Source: Stylophora pistillata
Lineage: Eukaryota
Direction: 5' to 3'
DNA length: 64,000 nucleotides
Assembly: GCF_002571385.2 (NCBI RefSeq)
Contig: NW_019217810.1
Span: 35,052 to 99,051 of the forward strand
This document shows, one piece after another, positions 11,201 to 23,764 of the stretch. The position numbers and the translations under genes are program-made. Within the stretch, counting starts at the first letter, position 1. Each line of letters starts with the position of its first letter. Under the pieces are notes generated by a model, which searched no databases, was not told the DNA's origin, and saw nothing but the letters and a program-made list of their open reading frames with translations.

Positions 11201-14200
11201 CAGCGAAAATGTAACCAGCGAAATCTAACCAACTGTTCTCCCTGGCACCCTTCGGCTTGAATAAGCGCCAGGAATTTAAATGTTTAAATGTTATTCTGTA
11301 ATCCCTTAGTGGTTGCATAATAACAGACATGTCAACTTATTTAAGAAATTTATAGTTTTAATTCTCTCTCGACTACTAGGTCGAAAGGCATACCGGGATG
11401 CTTGTTCTCAACTCGGTATCATCCCAGTCTCCTTTGTCATCGAGCACATCACAAGAGAGGAAATTAACATTAAACACCACGGCCTGGGTCCAACTGGAGC
11501 CCAAGCCATCGCAGCTGCACTCATGCGAAACACGAAAACGATGAAACTAAATCTAAGAGACTGCGCAATAGGTGAGATTTTTCTTTCCTTTCAGGCATGC
11601 CCTTAAGTTCTTGATAAAATATTAATTCTCAGAAGTAGATCTAAATCATATCAATGCATTTTTAACTCTAATATCTTTTGCTTCTTTTCCACCTTCCATC
11701 CAGAACCAGAAGGCAGTATACACATCGCCAGATTACTACGAGAAAATTTTTACATCACTGAGCTGGACCTTGCTGAGAACAAAATCAAAAGCCCTGGCGC
11801 GAAAGCTATAGCTGAAGTGCTTAATGATAACAACACCATAAAAACCCTGAACTTATCTTGGAGCGAGTTCAAAGACAAAGACGCCGCTTGTCTGGCAGAA
11901 GGAATTCGAGTAAACCAAACTCTGGTGTGGCTCGATTTGAGTCATAACAACTTTTGTGAAGAAGCCGGAGTGTTACTCGGTAAGAAATACCAATCTTTGA
12001 TCGAGTAGAGTAGTCGTCAAGGTGAGGTACGCAGCCAGAAAAGGTCTCTAATCTCTTGTCGGTAACAGTGACTGACGCCTACTTCGACAAACTAAGCACA
12101 GCAGTCATCATTAGAGTCAAACGAAGCGCTATTTGCAAGTCGTATTTCATATTTGAAAGTCTGGTTCCTTGAAAATGGACAATTTTGCTGTCATTTTGAT
12201 TAATCTGAGGACTCACCAACTACACTTTTACAATAGTTGTTCAAGTGATTCGGGGATGCGCGCGCACCCTGATTGGTCGACTTATTATTATAATCACCTA
12301 AGGCAAGGTGGTTATAATACCAACGAGATTGCCAACTGGCATTCCCTTCGAACTCATCTCCAGGATTGTCAGTCGAAAAGGCTCTTCAGCTTTAGAGAAT
12401 AATTGTTCAACAACTTTCGACATACAGCTTGACACTGATAGTGACTTTCACCCAGGTCGACGAAACAAGAGATTATAAACAGTGTATAATATCTTGCGAG
12501 GATTCAATCTATTGCGATCACCGACAATAACCTTTTAAGGCCCACTCACTGGCAGAGCTTGAGATCGCTCTCTACAAAAGCATTTAATGAGGACTACTCA
12601 AGATTTTCCACGCAGCAGTAAGGAGGAGTCAAAATAAGTCGAGACTGAATCATCCGTACAGGTTTTCCCTGAGAGGACAGTTTTTCTCAGGACAGTTATT
12701 TAAAGACAGTTACTTTAAGCCATCTGATATTACAAAAAATGATGTACGCAGGTGTTTCGTAATTATTTTTATGTTTTAACAGATGTAAGAAGTAAACTAA
12801 CAAGCTTGGAACTAACAGTTAAATCAGAGGAGGATTTTCTCTCTGAGTGTAAACTACACTCATTTTAATTCATTAAATAATTTTTAACAAACTTGGGTTG
12901 CAATTTGACCCGAATTGATACCAGATTTTGCATGCAATTTACCCAGCTGTACTCTTTTAATTGTGCTTTCACAATAACAATTTTACAATATTTCCTCTAG
13001 GACCCGCCATTGATGCGAATGGTGGATTAGAATATCTCAACCTTAGCTGGAATCATCTACGAGGAAAGGGTGGCATTGCTATCGGCAGAGGACTCCGCGC
13101 CAACTGCAGCCTGAAGACACTCAACCTGTCTTGGAACGGGTTTGCCGATGAAGGTGCAGCCGCAGTTGGAGAATCACTAAAAGCAAATAACACACTGACT
13201 GACTTAGATCTGACTAACAACCGGATTTCCACTCAAGGTGCTCTGGCACTCAGTAAAGGAATTCAAGTCAACAACACTTTGAAGATATTAAGGTTTGTAA
13301 AAACTTATACTTTACATAGATGCACGACATACACTGGTGAGATGACGACGGATGACGTAAAAAATCCTCTTTGAATGCTTTGATGAAAGCAGTGAACGAG
13401 ATATTCATGACTAAAGACAATTTTAGTGACAGTACTTCTCTCCAGCCAAATTTACAATAGCAGACTCAGAAAAAAAAATAAAAAGGACAGAAAGGCCTCG
13501 AGTAACAGGCCAGCGGGTGGGTTTAGAGGGGCCAGCGGGTGGGTTTAGAGGGGCCAGAGGGGCCAGAGGGACCATCCTTTTCGCGGTGCTATGGAAGAAG
13601 GCCGAAAGTTACCAGGAACCTCAGTTTTAAAGTGTTGATGAAGAATTTCAGTTATTCCTAAAGGGTGAGAAATATTACAAATTTTTCCGAAGTGAAGACA
13701 TGATCCTCCTAGATGAGCTACAATTTTAAGTAAATACAGAAAAGAATATTGAGGCTTCGACGAGATTCGAACCTGTGCTTCGCAGATACTGGTTGGGTGA
13801 TGCTACCAACTGAATTAAGAAGCCACATGTTGGGGGCGAGGCACTTCACCTGCGAGGATCATTTCTTCATTTGTTTTAATCCGCAGACCAAATTAGGATT
13901 TATCGCATTAATACTGCGTTAATTTTTTCTCTAATACATAGCATGGAAAGTAGGTATTAAAGATAATCTTCTCGCATAACTTTATTGCAGAATTGGAATG
14001 AATCCCTTACAAAATGCTGGTGCTTTAGGCCTCCTCACAGCCATGAAGAACAACCTCGATACAGCGTTAGAAAAAATTTTGCTCAACAGTGTTGTGGTTA
14101 CCTTAGAGACCCAGGCCCTCGTAGAGCTCCTTTTGGGTCAACATCCGGGACTCACTATTACCTGCACTTTTAGTAAACGCTCTGGAAACCTATCGGAGGA

Positions 14201-14477
14201 ACTTGACAGTCTTTACGGAAAAAACAAGAAGAACGACTTGATCTATATTCTCAAGCGATACGTCGAAGAGAAGAATTATAGGTTGGTGGACTTGTTCAAC
14301 CAGTTTGACAAGGACAATAGCTTATCGGTGACCAGAGAGGAATTTCGGCAGGGGCTAAAAGGCATAGGTGTGCCCATGACCGATGATCAGCTGACCGCAT
14401 TGATTGACATGTTGGATGACGACGGGGACGGTGAAATTGATTACGGTGAATTCACGTGGATAAATGAAGTAGAATAA
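8264..14477 (+). CDS. LRRC74: LRRC74-like leucine-rich repeat protein with C-terminal EF-hand pair, 539 aa; join(8264..8468,8950..9117,11380..11571,11704..11979,13001..13292,13991..14477)
   Basis: All introns are GT-AG with matching phases (1,1,1,1,2) and the joined CDS is 1620 nt and open. It contains YDTDLE..YDPTGRKAYRDAC..LGIIPVS..HHGLGPTG, RI-like LRRs (LxLSWN) and EF loops DKDNSLSVTREE and DDDGDGEIDYGE. 5'UTR acceptor at 8182; AATAAA at 14894. Confidence 0.88.
9526..9564 (-). ncRNA. Minimal type I hammerhead ribozyme motif
   Basis: Minus strand reads CAGU-CUGAUGA-U-GGUAUA(AUU)UAUACC-GAAA-UAUA-ACUG: both conserved boxes, stem I, stem II and a palindromic mini stem III, about 50 nt after the Penelope endonuclease stop. 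Confidence 0.8.
10262..10442. mobile_element. MITE with long TIRs and AT target-site duplication
   Basis: agaccactttcataa...ttatgaaagtggtct is flanked by AT (10260-61 and 10443-44). The empty site is visible in the other pseudo-LTR copy. Confidence 0.88.
10931..11277 (-). mobile_element. Second Penelope-like GIY-YIG 3' fragment with short inverted duplication
   Basis: VRFRNHKSAMVT..VHFN..H..KEAYWSAQLFSLAPFGLN is typical of the PLE endonuclease C-terminus. 11233-11277 is an inverted copy of 10961-11005 (44/45). Confidence 0.8.
13507..13571. repeat. Short G-rich tandem repeat (21-bp unit x2 plus 10-bp units)
   Basis: ggccagcgggtgggtttagagg repeated, followed by ggccagaggg units. Confidence 0.8.
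13690..13880 (-). mobile_element. tRNA-derived SINE relic
   Basis: Reverse strand shows A-box-like tcagttggtagca and B-box ggttcgaatc; similar to the copy at 15047-15200. Confidence 0.65.
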
Positions 14478-14608
14478 ATGACCTGCTAGTTAAATATGCT
14501 CACGGAAGCGTGTCTCGAGTAAGATTCTCAGAATGGAAAGAAATGATGAATGTACGAAGAAGTTATTTTGAAATTGTAAGTGCAGATCACGGAACGGTAA
14601 GGCGAGAA

Positions 14609-14714
14609 CATCCTCAGAGACCCAGGGGCTGTGAGTCGATTTCAAGTAAAGGGCAGAAGAGCTCTTCTGCCCTTAACTTGAAATCGACTCACAGCCCCTG
14701 GGTCTCCAAGGATG
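14609..14714. mobile_element. Palindromic MITE with 9-bp TSD in the LRRC74-like 3'UTR
   Basis: Near-perfect 106-bp palindrome centred on gagctc, flanked by aggcgagaa at 14600-14608 and 14715-14723. Confidence 0.9.
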
Positions 14715-15046
14715 AGGCGAGAAGTGAACATCTACATAATTTCCTGATTTGATACACGATACTAGTACGGGACGCTTTCTTCTAGAAACAAAAACAGTTT
14801 TTTAAAAAAAGCATTGCTCGATAAAGAATTTGAATAATCATAGTTTGCATTAATTTATTATCAGTTGCTCTCAATCGATTGAAAATTATATTAAATAAAA
14901 TATTAAAGTGTGCATGTGGTTATAAGAAGGATCGACAAAAGGGAATGTTTGTTGCTAATTAAAGCACTGCATATGATCATAAAATTATCAACCGCAGAAA
15001 TGAAAGTTTCCGAACGAGTCTTTTGAAACTGTCATTGCATGTAAGA

Positions 15047-15200
15047 AAGCGTTCCTCGCAGTGATGAACCCTACTTATGTAGTTCTGGAAATGAGGCCTG
15101 AAAAAAACTCAGGCCCGTGAGGCATTTGAACCCATGACCTCCGCGATACCGGTGCAGTGCTCTACGAACTGAGCTAACAAGTCAACTGGGAACTGGTCGG
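15047..15200 (-). mobile_element. tRNA-derived SINE relic
   Basis: Reverse strand reads tagctcagttcgtagagcactgcaccggtatcgcggaggtcatgggttcaaatg (A and B boxes), followed by a non-tRNA body; no acceptor stem. Confidence 0.75.
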
Positions 15201-16814
15201 CATTATATGTGTTGGTCTGTATTAACCCCGTTTAATACGGGCGCATTTGCATCACTCCTCCCATCCAAGTTTGCTCTGAGGAGGTGCGATGGGTTTAATT
15301 GCTCTTTCGTGTTCTGTCCAAAATTTTTGATAGCAGGAGTACTGCCTGCGGGGCGAAAAACATGTCATGTTATGTTGCACAACACGTGTTTACAACATTC
15401 GAATGGTTACGTAAGGTGCCGTGTAACTTCTTTTCAACTGACAAAGTGCACGCACAGTCTTGAAAATTCTTAATTGAGGTAACCCTGAATGAATGAGGGA
15501 ATACAACTAACTGGGGTCTAACTTTGAAAGCATCTTTGATCCCTCTTTTCCAGTTCTTTCACCAAGTGGTACGCAGCTCCATCTGCTGTGCTTACCTCGC
15601 ATGTGTGAACATTAATACCTTAAGCCCGATCAAGCTCAAATCCGGCCAGTTTACGTCAAAGATTTAATGAATTTGCATGTATGCTCAATCACCATTAAGT
15701 CGATCTCTACCGTGATTATATAAGTGCAATCAGCTCACGAACGTGTCAAATTTATGTAACTTAGTTTCTTTGAGTCCAACTCAGCTGTTAACTTAACAAA
15801 AGTGTTGCGTAATGACGTGTCTACTAAAAATTTCTTGTTTTGAACTGAAAGTCGTTGTTTTAGGATTATGCCAGGACATAGAGAACAAAGGAACCTCTCA
15901 TGACAAAAGACGTTTTGTTGAGGGCGGAGATATCCGGGATTCAGCTGAGCTGTGCTCCTCCTTATTCCAAAGTAATTGCCGGCCGGTGAAATGATACCAT
16001 TGACTGGTTATTATTAGCTTCATAAATTCTTACGCGCTGGCTTTTTTTTTTTTTTTTTTTCAATAAATGACATAATTTTCAATTGTTGCAGCGGCTACTT
16101 GCAACGGACGCAAAGCCAGTTTGCTACGGCAATTCATTTTTTGCACGCACACTACAAACGAAGCCAAACACTAGAAGGTTGTAGACATTCAGTTGTAATG
16201 CCAACCAGGAAAGTGAAACCCGTAGGTGTTTTTGCTGCATCGATGCAGATCCCATTTCGTTGGAAGTGCTGTTTACATCGATCGTGGTAACGACAACAAA
16301 GAATGGTGGAATTAAATCATCTAAGGCTTCATGAGATTTTTCGAAATACTTTCACTGATTAACATGATTACATTTCTGTGAATGAAATACTAGGTATGAT
16401 AACTGTGGTTAGAAGTTTTGTGGACGTGACTGCGGGTACACACTGACATTCAAACAATAACAGAGAATCCTTTTTGTTCACTAAGTTGTACGTGCTCCCG
16501 GCCAAGGTTATTTCAAGAAGGTTCATCCGTTTACTGGGATATTTTACTGATTTGTTTTTTACCCTAACGATACCGCTTTATTTCCATGACAATTACAAAC
16601 GGTCTGGTATTGTTTTTGGGACCAATATGACTACAATTGCTGCCTTCTTCTCTTTTGTAGTGCACATGATATGATATTAAAGGAATCGCCTGATTCATGG
16701 GAACCTGTTTGATGGATTAACGTAAGGAATGAGCTATTGTTACCTTGCCCTGTTATTCATTGAGGAATGTTAAGTACTTTTCACAAACTAACAAGAGACT
16801 TTGTGCTGGAATTA

Positions 16815-17108
16815 AAAAACTCAGTTTCTTTAGCTCGCGAGAGACAAAACAACCCAATGGAAATTGCATAACAGGTGAGACCGGAGCGACATTTCCCCAC
16901 TAAATTACAACTCTTATTTTTGAGAAATTGGGTAAAAGATGTCAATTCTATATGTAAGAAATCAAAACCTCAGTTTCTTTAGTTCGCCAGAGACAAAACA
17001 ACCCCATGGAAATTGCATAACAAGGGAGACCGGAGAGACATTTCCCCACTAAATTACAACTCTTATCTCTGAGAATTTGGGGAAAAATGTCAATTCTATA
17101 TGTAAGAA
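16815..17108. repeat. Tandem duplication of about 147 bp
   Basis: 16815-16960 and 16964-17108 are close copies (ctcagtttctttag...gtcaattctatatgtaagaa). Confidence 0.9.
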
Positions 17109-17886
17109 TGAACTAATGGTCTGTCAAAGAATCAGCTCGATGCATCTACATTGCATTACTAGCACCGCACTCAGCTTAGCTCTAGTCAACTTTTTCTTGT
17201 GCGGAAATGATCGTAACGGAGCTCAAAAACAGACCTGTCTTGGACTAAACAACAGGGCTCACTTTGTCCTAATTGACTATGTGAAATCACATCGCATTAC
17301 GTGGATGTCTCAGACTTTTCTTACATGTAAACTGTACATATTTTTGTTTTTGTTGACCAACTTTGACAAGTATGGCCCAGAGAAGGCTTTGGTTCGTTGT
17401 ATTTGCATCCAGCTTGACATCTCACGATCATTTCGTGTCAACGCAGTATTTTGGCTAAGAGACAAAGGAAAGCAATCACAACGAAAAGCTTGGACAGCCC
17501 CAAAACGGAAGTCAAACAATATTTTAACCACATTAACTGAAAGCTTTTGTTGTTTTTACATTATCACGTATCTTGCAAAGTTGATGCGAGATACTAAAAC
17601 ACTCGGTTGCATAAGAGCTAACTGGACATCTGTCCACCACTACTGGTTAAAATGTGAATGCCATGGGAAAAAGTCCATCAGTTCATTTGCAAATCATTAT
17701 TTTAATTAGTCCTGTTGAAGCTTTGTCTAAATTGTGGCGATTAACATACCAGGCATTTATTTTCTTGTTTATGTTTCCCAACAGATCTCATTTATCAGAG
17801 TTTTAAAAAGAGTGAAGCAGATTTCATCGGAATTCTAAACGAGTAGTCAGCATTGTGGTACAACGTGAATGGTTTGAGCTGTGTAA

Positions 17887-19491
17887 ATGGTTCTCGAGAT
17901 GTCTGTTGAGAGGGTGGGTTCACCAAGAGAAGGATTGACACTCAGAGTAGAAGATTCACGATCCAGATTTCGCAAAGAGGAACTAGACATCGAAAAGCTA
18001 CGTACATTTTCAAGATCTTTGGATGATATCACTTCAGAAACACTATACAGCAAGTGGAAAAGAGCGCGGGGGGAAGGAACCAAGTCACCCTCACGCAGAG
18101 GTCGAAGCATATCTCTGATTACACCGCCAAACATCTTGCGCCAGGAAAACCAAAAGCAAAGTAAACCAGCTAGGAAGAACAGCTTCCATGTTTTGCAAGA
18201 GAATGTTTTCAGACCACGGGGTTGGACTATAGCAGCAAGTCCCATGGAGGTCATCAATGAGCATTTTGCATCGCAAACACTAGATGTCAATAACAACAAC
18301 GATACGCCAGCCCTAGATGGACAAGATGCAAAGCGTCTGTGGGGAGAAAGAAGAAGAAATAGGAAACAATTCAAGGTAACATTGCAGATTCCTCAAAAGC
18401 AACACAGACCACCAACATATACAGGAGCCGAAATTACGACGGTGACTCAAGGAAAAAAGTATCATGTTGATCGCAAACGAGTGATCGAAACCGCTTCGGA
18501 AGTTTTCATCAAACCCTCTCAAGTACCACGATTTGTTCCCGAATCTTCACGAGAGGACGAAAACCCTCCGATAGTGGCGCACCTTGTGGGTGAAGTAGAT
18601 GATGCTTCCATAACAATGGAGGACTCATTTGCTGAGAAACCTTTTGACAATTTGTCAGCCGAAACAGTAAAAATCGAGCTCCCACAGCAGTCTGTTAGCA
18701 TGCCTGCATCGCCAAACTTCCCATTAAGAAAGGTTCTTGAACATGCGTGGGAGGAAGTCACAAAAGACTCTTTTGGGGGTCTAAGTAAAGATATTATTGT
18801 CCAAGACGCCTCTGAGATGACAGCAAGCAGTGAAAGGTCAAAAGCATCAAAGAATACTTTCTCACTTGGCTGCACTTATGCAGTGGTCAGCCAACCAACG
18901 CGAGCGAATAAAAACACTGTCAAACCAACTGCACAAATGAACAGCACTATAATTACCAAAGAACAACGTGCCGAACTAGAAGAAGAATTCCAAAAGTTGA
19001 AGAAAGTTTCGCTCGAGTTGGATAGAGCTGAGTCTGAAGAGAAAAGATGCAACAGCCCAAATGGTTCTTCTGGAGTTAATTCAAAGGATATTTTGGAGCC
19101 ACAGCCGTTCAGACGATTCTCAGAACTTAACAATCCAACTGTATGGAACTCATCGAGTCAGTCAACGGCCAGAGCTATTCTGCAGAATATTACAGACGTC
19201 GCGCATAAAACTGAAAAAGAGAGAATTCAGGATATCGAGTGGGCTTTCGAGTGGATTAGAAAAGAACTGGCTGAGCTACGAGCTCAAGATAAAGATATAA
19301 TGCGGACATTTACAAAGATTCAAGCCGGGATAAGGAAAATCAAACTTCAACGCGCATTGAGCGGCGCCTTAGACGAGCCATACGAATGTGACATTGTGCA
19401 CCATTCGGTAAATTTAAGCGCTAGCTTTTCATATGTTCCGCTAGTTAAAGAACTACACAACACGTTTCCGAGAAGAGCTAGTGCTATATGA
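17887..19491 (+). CDS. FAM167-like (DUF3259) coiled-coil domain protein with long disordered N-terminus, 534 aa
   Basis: Long open ORF with a 5'UTR acceptor at 17784. IEWAFEWIRKELAELRAQDKDIMRTFTKIQAGIRKIKL resembles FAM167 (IDEAIEWLRKELxEMRxQDxxLARQLMRLRxDIxKLK). The terminal RRASAI parallels the FAM167 terminus RRFSLC. Confidence 0.82.
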   Translation: MVLEMSVERVGSPREGLTLRVEDSRSRFRKEELDIEKLRTFSRSLDDITSETLYSKWKRARGEGTKSPSRRGRSISLITPPNILRQENQKQSKPARKNSFHVLQENVFRPRGWTIAASPMEVINEHFASQTLDVNNNNDTPALDGQDAKRLWGERRRNRKQFKVTLQIPQKQHRPPTYTGAEITTVTQGKKYHVDRKRVIETASEVFIKPSQVPRFVPESSREDENPPIVAHLVGEVDDASITMEDSFAEKPFDNLSAETVKIELPQQSVSMPASPNFPLRKVLEHAWEEVTKDSFGGLSKDIIVQDASEMTASSERSKASKNTFSLGCTYAVVSQPTRANKNTVKPTAQMNSTIITKEQRAELEEEFQKLKKVSLELDRAESEEKRCNSPNGSSGVNSKDILEPQPFRRFSELNNPTVWNSSSQSTARAILQNITDVAHKTEKERIQDIEWAFEWIRKELAELRAQDKDIMRTFTKIQAGIRKIKLQRALSGALDEPYECDIVHHSVNLSASFSYVPLVKELHNTFPRRASAI

Positions 19492-20559
19492 ACTTTCAAA
19501 GCTATCTAATCAACGGTCAAAAGTAAATAATTAATTGGTTCGAAATAGACACATGTCTAGGCCCGTCCGCGCTTTATAATTATTGACTCAAATTAATGGC
19601 TTTAATCTCTGTTACTGTAAGAAATACTCGGCCAAGTGTGTTGTTGCCGAGCGCGATTATTGAGTTTGAAGATCAATGCAGTAGAAAATACAACTCTTCG
19701 AAGAAAGGTACTTTCGGTAGTAATTGATAATAAAAGAAGCGTGTTTCACAGCTTGTTGAATATAAGCTAAGACAATTTATTGTGTTGTGATGTCTTATCT
19801 TTAAAAGTTTGAGATGCAGAAGAAGAAGACTTCGACCAACTGCTGAAGTCATATTCCTGCTGTGAGGTTAACGAAATGTCAAGAAAATGGTATAACAAAT
19901 ACGGGAATTCAAATTACTCCCTTTGGGGTCAATTTTTCAACAACAAATTACGATGGTCAAGTATGATACAGAAAGCTATCATTTCGTGCTCCAATTCCCA
20001 GAGCGTCGATCTCTTTCACAATTCTATTGTTTGACAGAATTCGAGTGTGTTAAGGTATTTATTCTCTGCTTTACTCAGGGGAAATAACTGAGGCCTGAAC
20101 ACGCCTCAGAGGTTAATAATAGTTTAGATTTACACTTAGAATCACGGCGGTGCAACAAAGTAATGCTTGCGTTTATTCATAGCAATAGATATGAGTAGAG
20201 TGCTTGGAAAATGCGAATAATGATGTTGTTGATAAAAGGTAAAAAGTACAATAGTGGTGTAAATGAAATGAAATCTGTTAATTACTCCCATGATCCGAGT
20301 TGTTTCCGGTACACGTGAGTTCTTTTCAGTTCAATCATGCAAGGTGAATGATTTTGAAAGGGCTTGAAAGAGTGGGCAAAATGTTTTAGCGCGTTGTCAT
20401 AACGCAAAGTCAGCCTTTGAAATCTCTAGGCAACCAAAAAGAGCGTGAGGCTATCATAATTGTCATGTCTTTTGAAGAGATTTAGAAGCGTAGGTGTGGT
20501 AACTAAGAGCAGAGTGTGGTTTACAATTGGCTGTGAAATGTTTATTGTACTATAGCACA

Positions 20560-22330
20560 ATGGTCTTGTATAATATATCATTACGGGTTTATTAAACAAC
20601 AATAATGTGCACGAAAATTTGCAGCCCTTAAACGTGACCTATAGTCTCATTGCGCTTGATATAATGACGAAAATTGTTTTTAGAGATGTCCGGGGGTGAG
20701 GAAGGGTGGAGTACGTAAGAAGCCCTGATATACAGACTGCAGATGACAAGAACCATTTTTTCCTCTACCTTTCCAGCGTTTTGTTCAGTAATATATGTGA
20801 AAATATATTGACATCCTCGGTGAACAGGAAATATTTCTATATTATCATCCTGGATCTTTCAGGAGGATAAGAAAGCAAGGGAGACTAATTAATCTCGGGC
20901 AAATTTTGGCATTCCCATTTTGTTTTAAACTTGGTACACATTACCTGACATTAGATCTAAGGTTTGAACAACCCCCCTCCCCCGGGGGATTTATACTCTC
21001 CTACTGAGGAGGATAGGGTGGCAACTTTTAAGGCGCTCTTTTTTTCCCTCCTTAACCTGCGAACTGATAGCTTAAGAATGAATTTTCCATCAATTAAAGA
21101 CCTCGAAAACAATTTGGGGTTAACATATTTTATAATACTTAATAAGATCTACGGGATAAAAAATTCTCGGAATTGTGACAAACTCACCGCAATGACTTGA
21201 GAGTGTTTCATGATCACAACATTCAAACAGAACATGGTAAATTGGTTTCAAATCCAAAATGCGTCAACTTTCTTTGGGATAATTTCTTTCTTTTTTTCTA
21301 CACCCACTTTTCAGATCAGGCAAGTTTACGCAACTATGGGTCACGGTACAGACACAGCTATTGCTCAGCTAACCTCGTTCCCAGGGTCTCTCATCTTCCC
21401 GCCTCCTGGAGAGACCTTGGGAACGAGGTTGTTACTCAGCTAAGATTTCACTTATCATTATTGGATTATCAAACAACAATAATGTCCAGGAAAATTTACC
21501 GCCCTCAAACGTGACTTATATTGATTCGATAAAACCTAAGGGATGAATACTGCAAATATTCTCTGAATTTTAACCTCTTCGTATCATCGCATTGACAAGA
21601 TAATGTTTCATGGTCACAAAATCCAAACTGAACTTGAAAAAGGGGTAAAGAAAAAAGGAAGAAATTACCCTAAAGAAAGTTGACGCATTTTGTGTTTGAA
21701 ACCAATTTACCGTCAAGCAAGATTACGAAACTATGGGTCACGGCACAGACACAGCCATTGTTCAGCTAGGATTGCATTTATCAGTGTGGGATCATCAACT
21801 GAACAATAATGTCCAGAAACTATACAACCCTTCAACGTGGCTCATAGCTGTCGCATTTTGTAATTGAAACCAATTTAACTGTAGGCAGGCTTACGAAACT
21901 ATGGGTCGCGACACAGACAGAGCTATCGTTCAGCTAAGATTGTATTTATTACCATGGAATTATCAAACAACGATAATGCCCAGGAAAATTTGCCGCCTTA
22001 ACGTGGCTCATAGTCTCATTCATGGTACGGGATGAGATGTCGGGGTGAAGAAGGAGGGGGGGGGGAGAGAGAGAACCAATGACAAATACAAATGACAAGA
22101 ACCTTTTCTTCTCGCCCTTTGTAGCGTTCTATAAAACAAGGTGAAAACATATCTACATTTTCGATGAACCGGAAATATCTCCCTATTATTTTAATAGATC
22201 TATTGAGGATAAGAAGACAAGGGAGTGCAATCACGGGTAAATTTTGCCATATGAATTTGCCGCAAACGTTGAACGCTTTAGATCTGTGTGTTGAATTAAT
22301 TCCCTCCCTCCCCTCCGGCTTTATACTTTA
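20560..22330. repeat. Diverged local duplications: a ~180-bp unit in three clear copies plus one partial, and a shared downstream block
   Basis: ctatgggtc.cg..acagac..agc.at.g.tcagcta...aataatgtcc...aacgtg.ct.ata recurs at ~21320, 21715 and 21885. 20740-20880 resembles 22090-22225. Confidence 0.8.
21371..21431. mobile_element. Mini-MITE with ~10-bp TSD
   Basis: aacctcgttcccagggtctctc...gagagaccttgggaacgaggtt is flanked by ttgctcagct / ttactcagct and is absent from the sister repeat units. Confidence 0.85.
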
Positions 22331-22467
22331 CTACTTGGGGGTATAGAAAGGGGTCGAGGGAGCCTTTGCTTCATAGAAGTGTCAAACTCTAAGGTTTTTC
22401 TCTTTTTCCTTTCTCAACCTTCGAAAAATATTTTAAAAGTAAATCTACCAGCTATTAACAGCCACAA

Positions 22468-22643
22468 GAGCTTGAGTGTCAGGTCTTCCTAAGGGGCTGG
22501 GGGATAGGAGATTGGGGGTAGGGGGAGGGGGAAGGGGAGAGGAGAAAGGAAGGGCGTTTCTTCCTTTCGCTCTCTCCCTTTCTCGCTTCTCTTTTACTCC
22601 TTTCCCCCAGAAAGGCTCCCAGAAACGCCTTATACTCAGGCTA
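22468..22643. mobile_element. MITE with 9-bp TSD
   Basis: Imperfect TIRs agcttgagtgtcagg / ccttatactcaggct, with cagccacaa on both sides. Confidence 0.7.
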
Positions 22644-23764
22644 CAGCCACAAAATAATTTGAATGTAAAGAGGCCCTTTATGCGCTAAGTTGGCCTTGTC
22701 CGTCTGCCTGTTTGCTTTTGTGTTTGTTGGGACAAATAGAAGTTTTCAGTGAACTCAACATTTTATTTCAGTTTGAATTCGTTTGATTTCTACTAAAACG
22801 TCATTGATTAATTTCGTTAATTCAGTTCAGTTTTTCACAGTAATGCAGAATAATCAAAATTTTACTAGTTATAGGAACTAAAGAGTAGAACAAAGAAACA
22901 TACTGTCTTTTGGTGACACTGAATATAATGGTTTTACGAGCGCCAAATATTTCAGACTGGGCTAAATAATTTATATTAATCATTCCATCAATCATCAGCT
23001 TTCATATACGACACAAGCAATTTTGGTATGGATTGTATATAGTTATATAATAGATACATTACTTTTTGGTTAATAGTTTACGTCTTCGTTCTTTTTTCTT
23101 ACGATGAGGTGGAGAATTCTGCGTCATCGTTAACTAGTTCTAACTTCTAAACTTATAGAAGACCAACTTCTGCTCAATTCAGGAGCGACAAATCGGGTTT
23201 CAGTGAAGACGAAATTGTATGTTAACATACGCCTTTGTTCTTTTGAAAACTGGATCCTTTCTTTCTTGAGTGTTTTGCCCCTATTCATGCTTAAACGACT
23301 TATTTGTTTTCAGACTCCACGAGCTCTGGCACAACTAAGAGAAGTTGTTCTTGCAAAACCCCGCTGCCTGGTATTTTTTTTAGTGTCAAACCAGAATTTA
23401 CACTTCACTTACTCAGAACGTCTGCCTATTCCACAATGGTGCGTGCGCAAGTGAGAACACGCACCGGCTTACAGAAACAATATAGTCAGTCTGCCAGAAA
23501 CTGCTCTGTTCCCAAAGATGACATTCACGGAAAGGACGATCTGACCCGTCAGGGCTGAGGAATGGAAAGCAGCCTAAGTCTAACTATAACTTTAACATGA
23601 CCAGCTTTTTAACTGTAACCTCTCTCTACATTCTCATATCGCAAAGATACTTTAAAAAAAATGAACAGCGAGCGAAAAGGGGGCCAAAGACTCACTTCTA
23701 CCAAAATCCTCGTTGATTTTCGCTCGTCCGCTCTTTCCTTCGTCTCCTATGATCGAGAGCCTGA

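Noticed and set aside
12065-12470. Additional hammerhead ribozymes
   Set aside because: They resemble PLE terminal repeats, but the core boxes and stems are too degenerate to call.
13745-15200. Functional tRNA genes
   Set aside because: A and B boxes are present but there are no acceptor stems and the sequences run into repeat bodies, so they are SINEs.
17077-17709. 210-aa ORF upstream of the first FAM167-like gene
   Set aside because: TTG start inside a tandem duplication, no recognisable motif, and it lies before the acceptor at 17784, so it is probably intronic.
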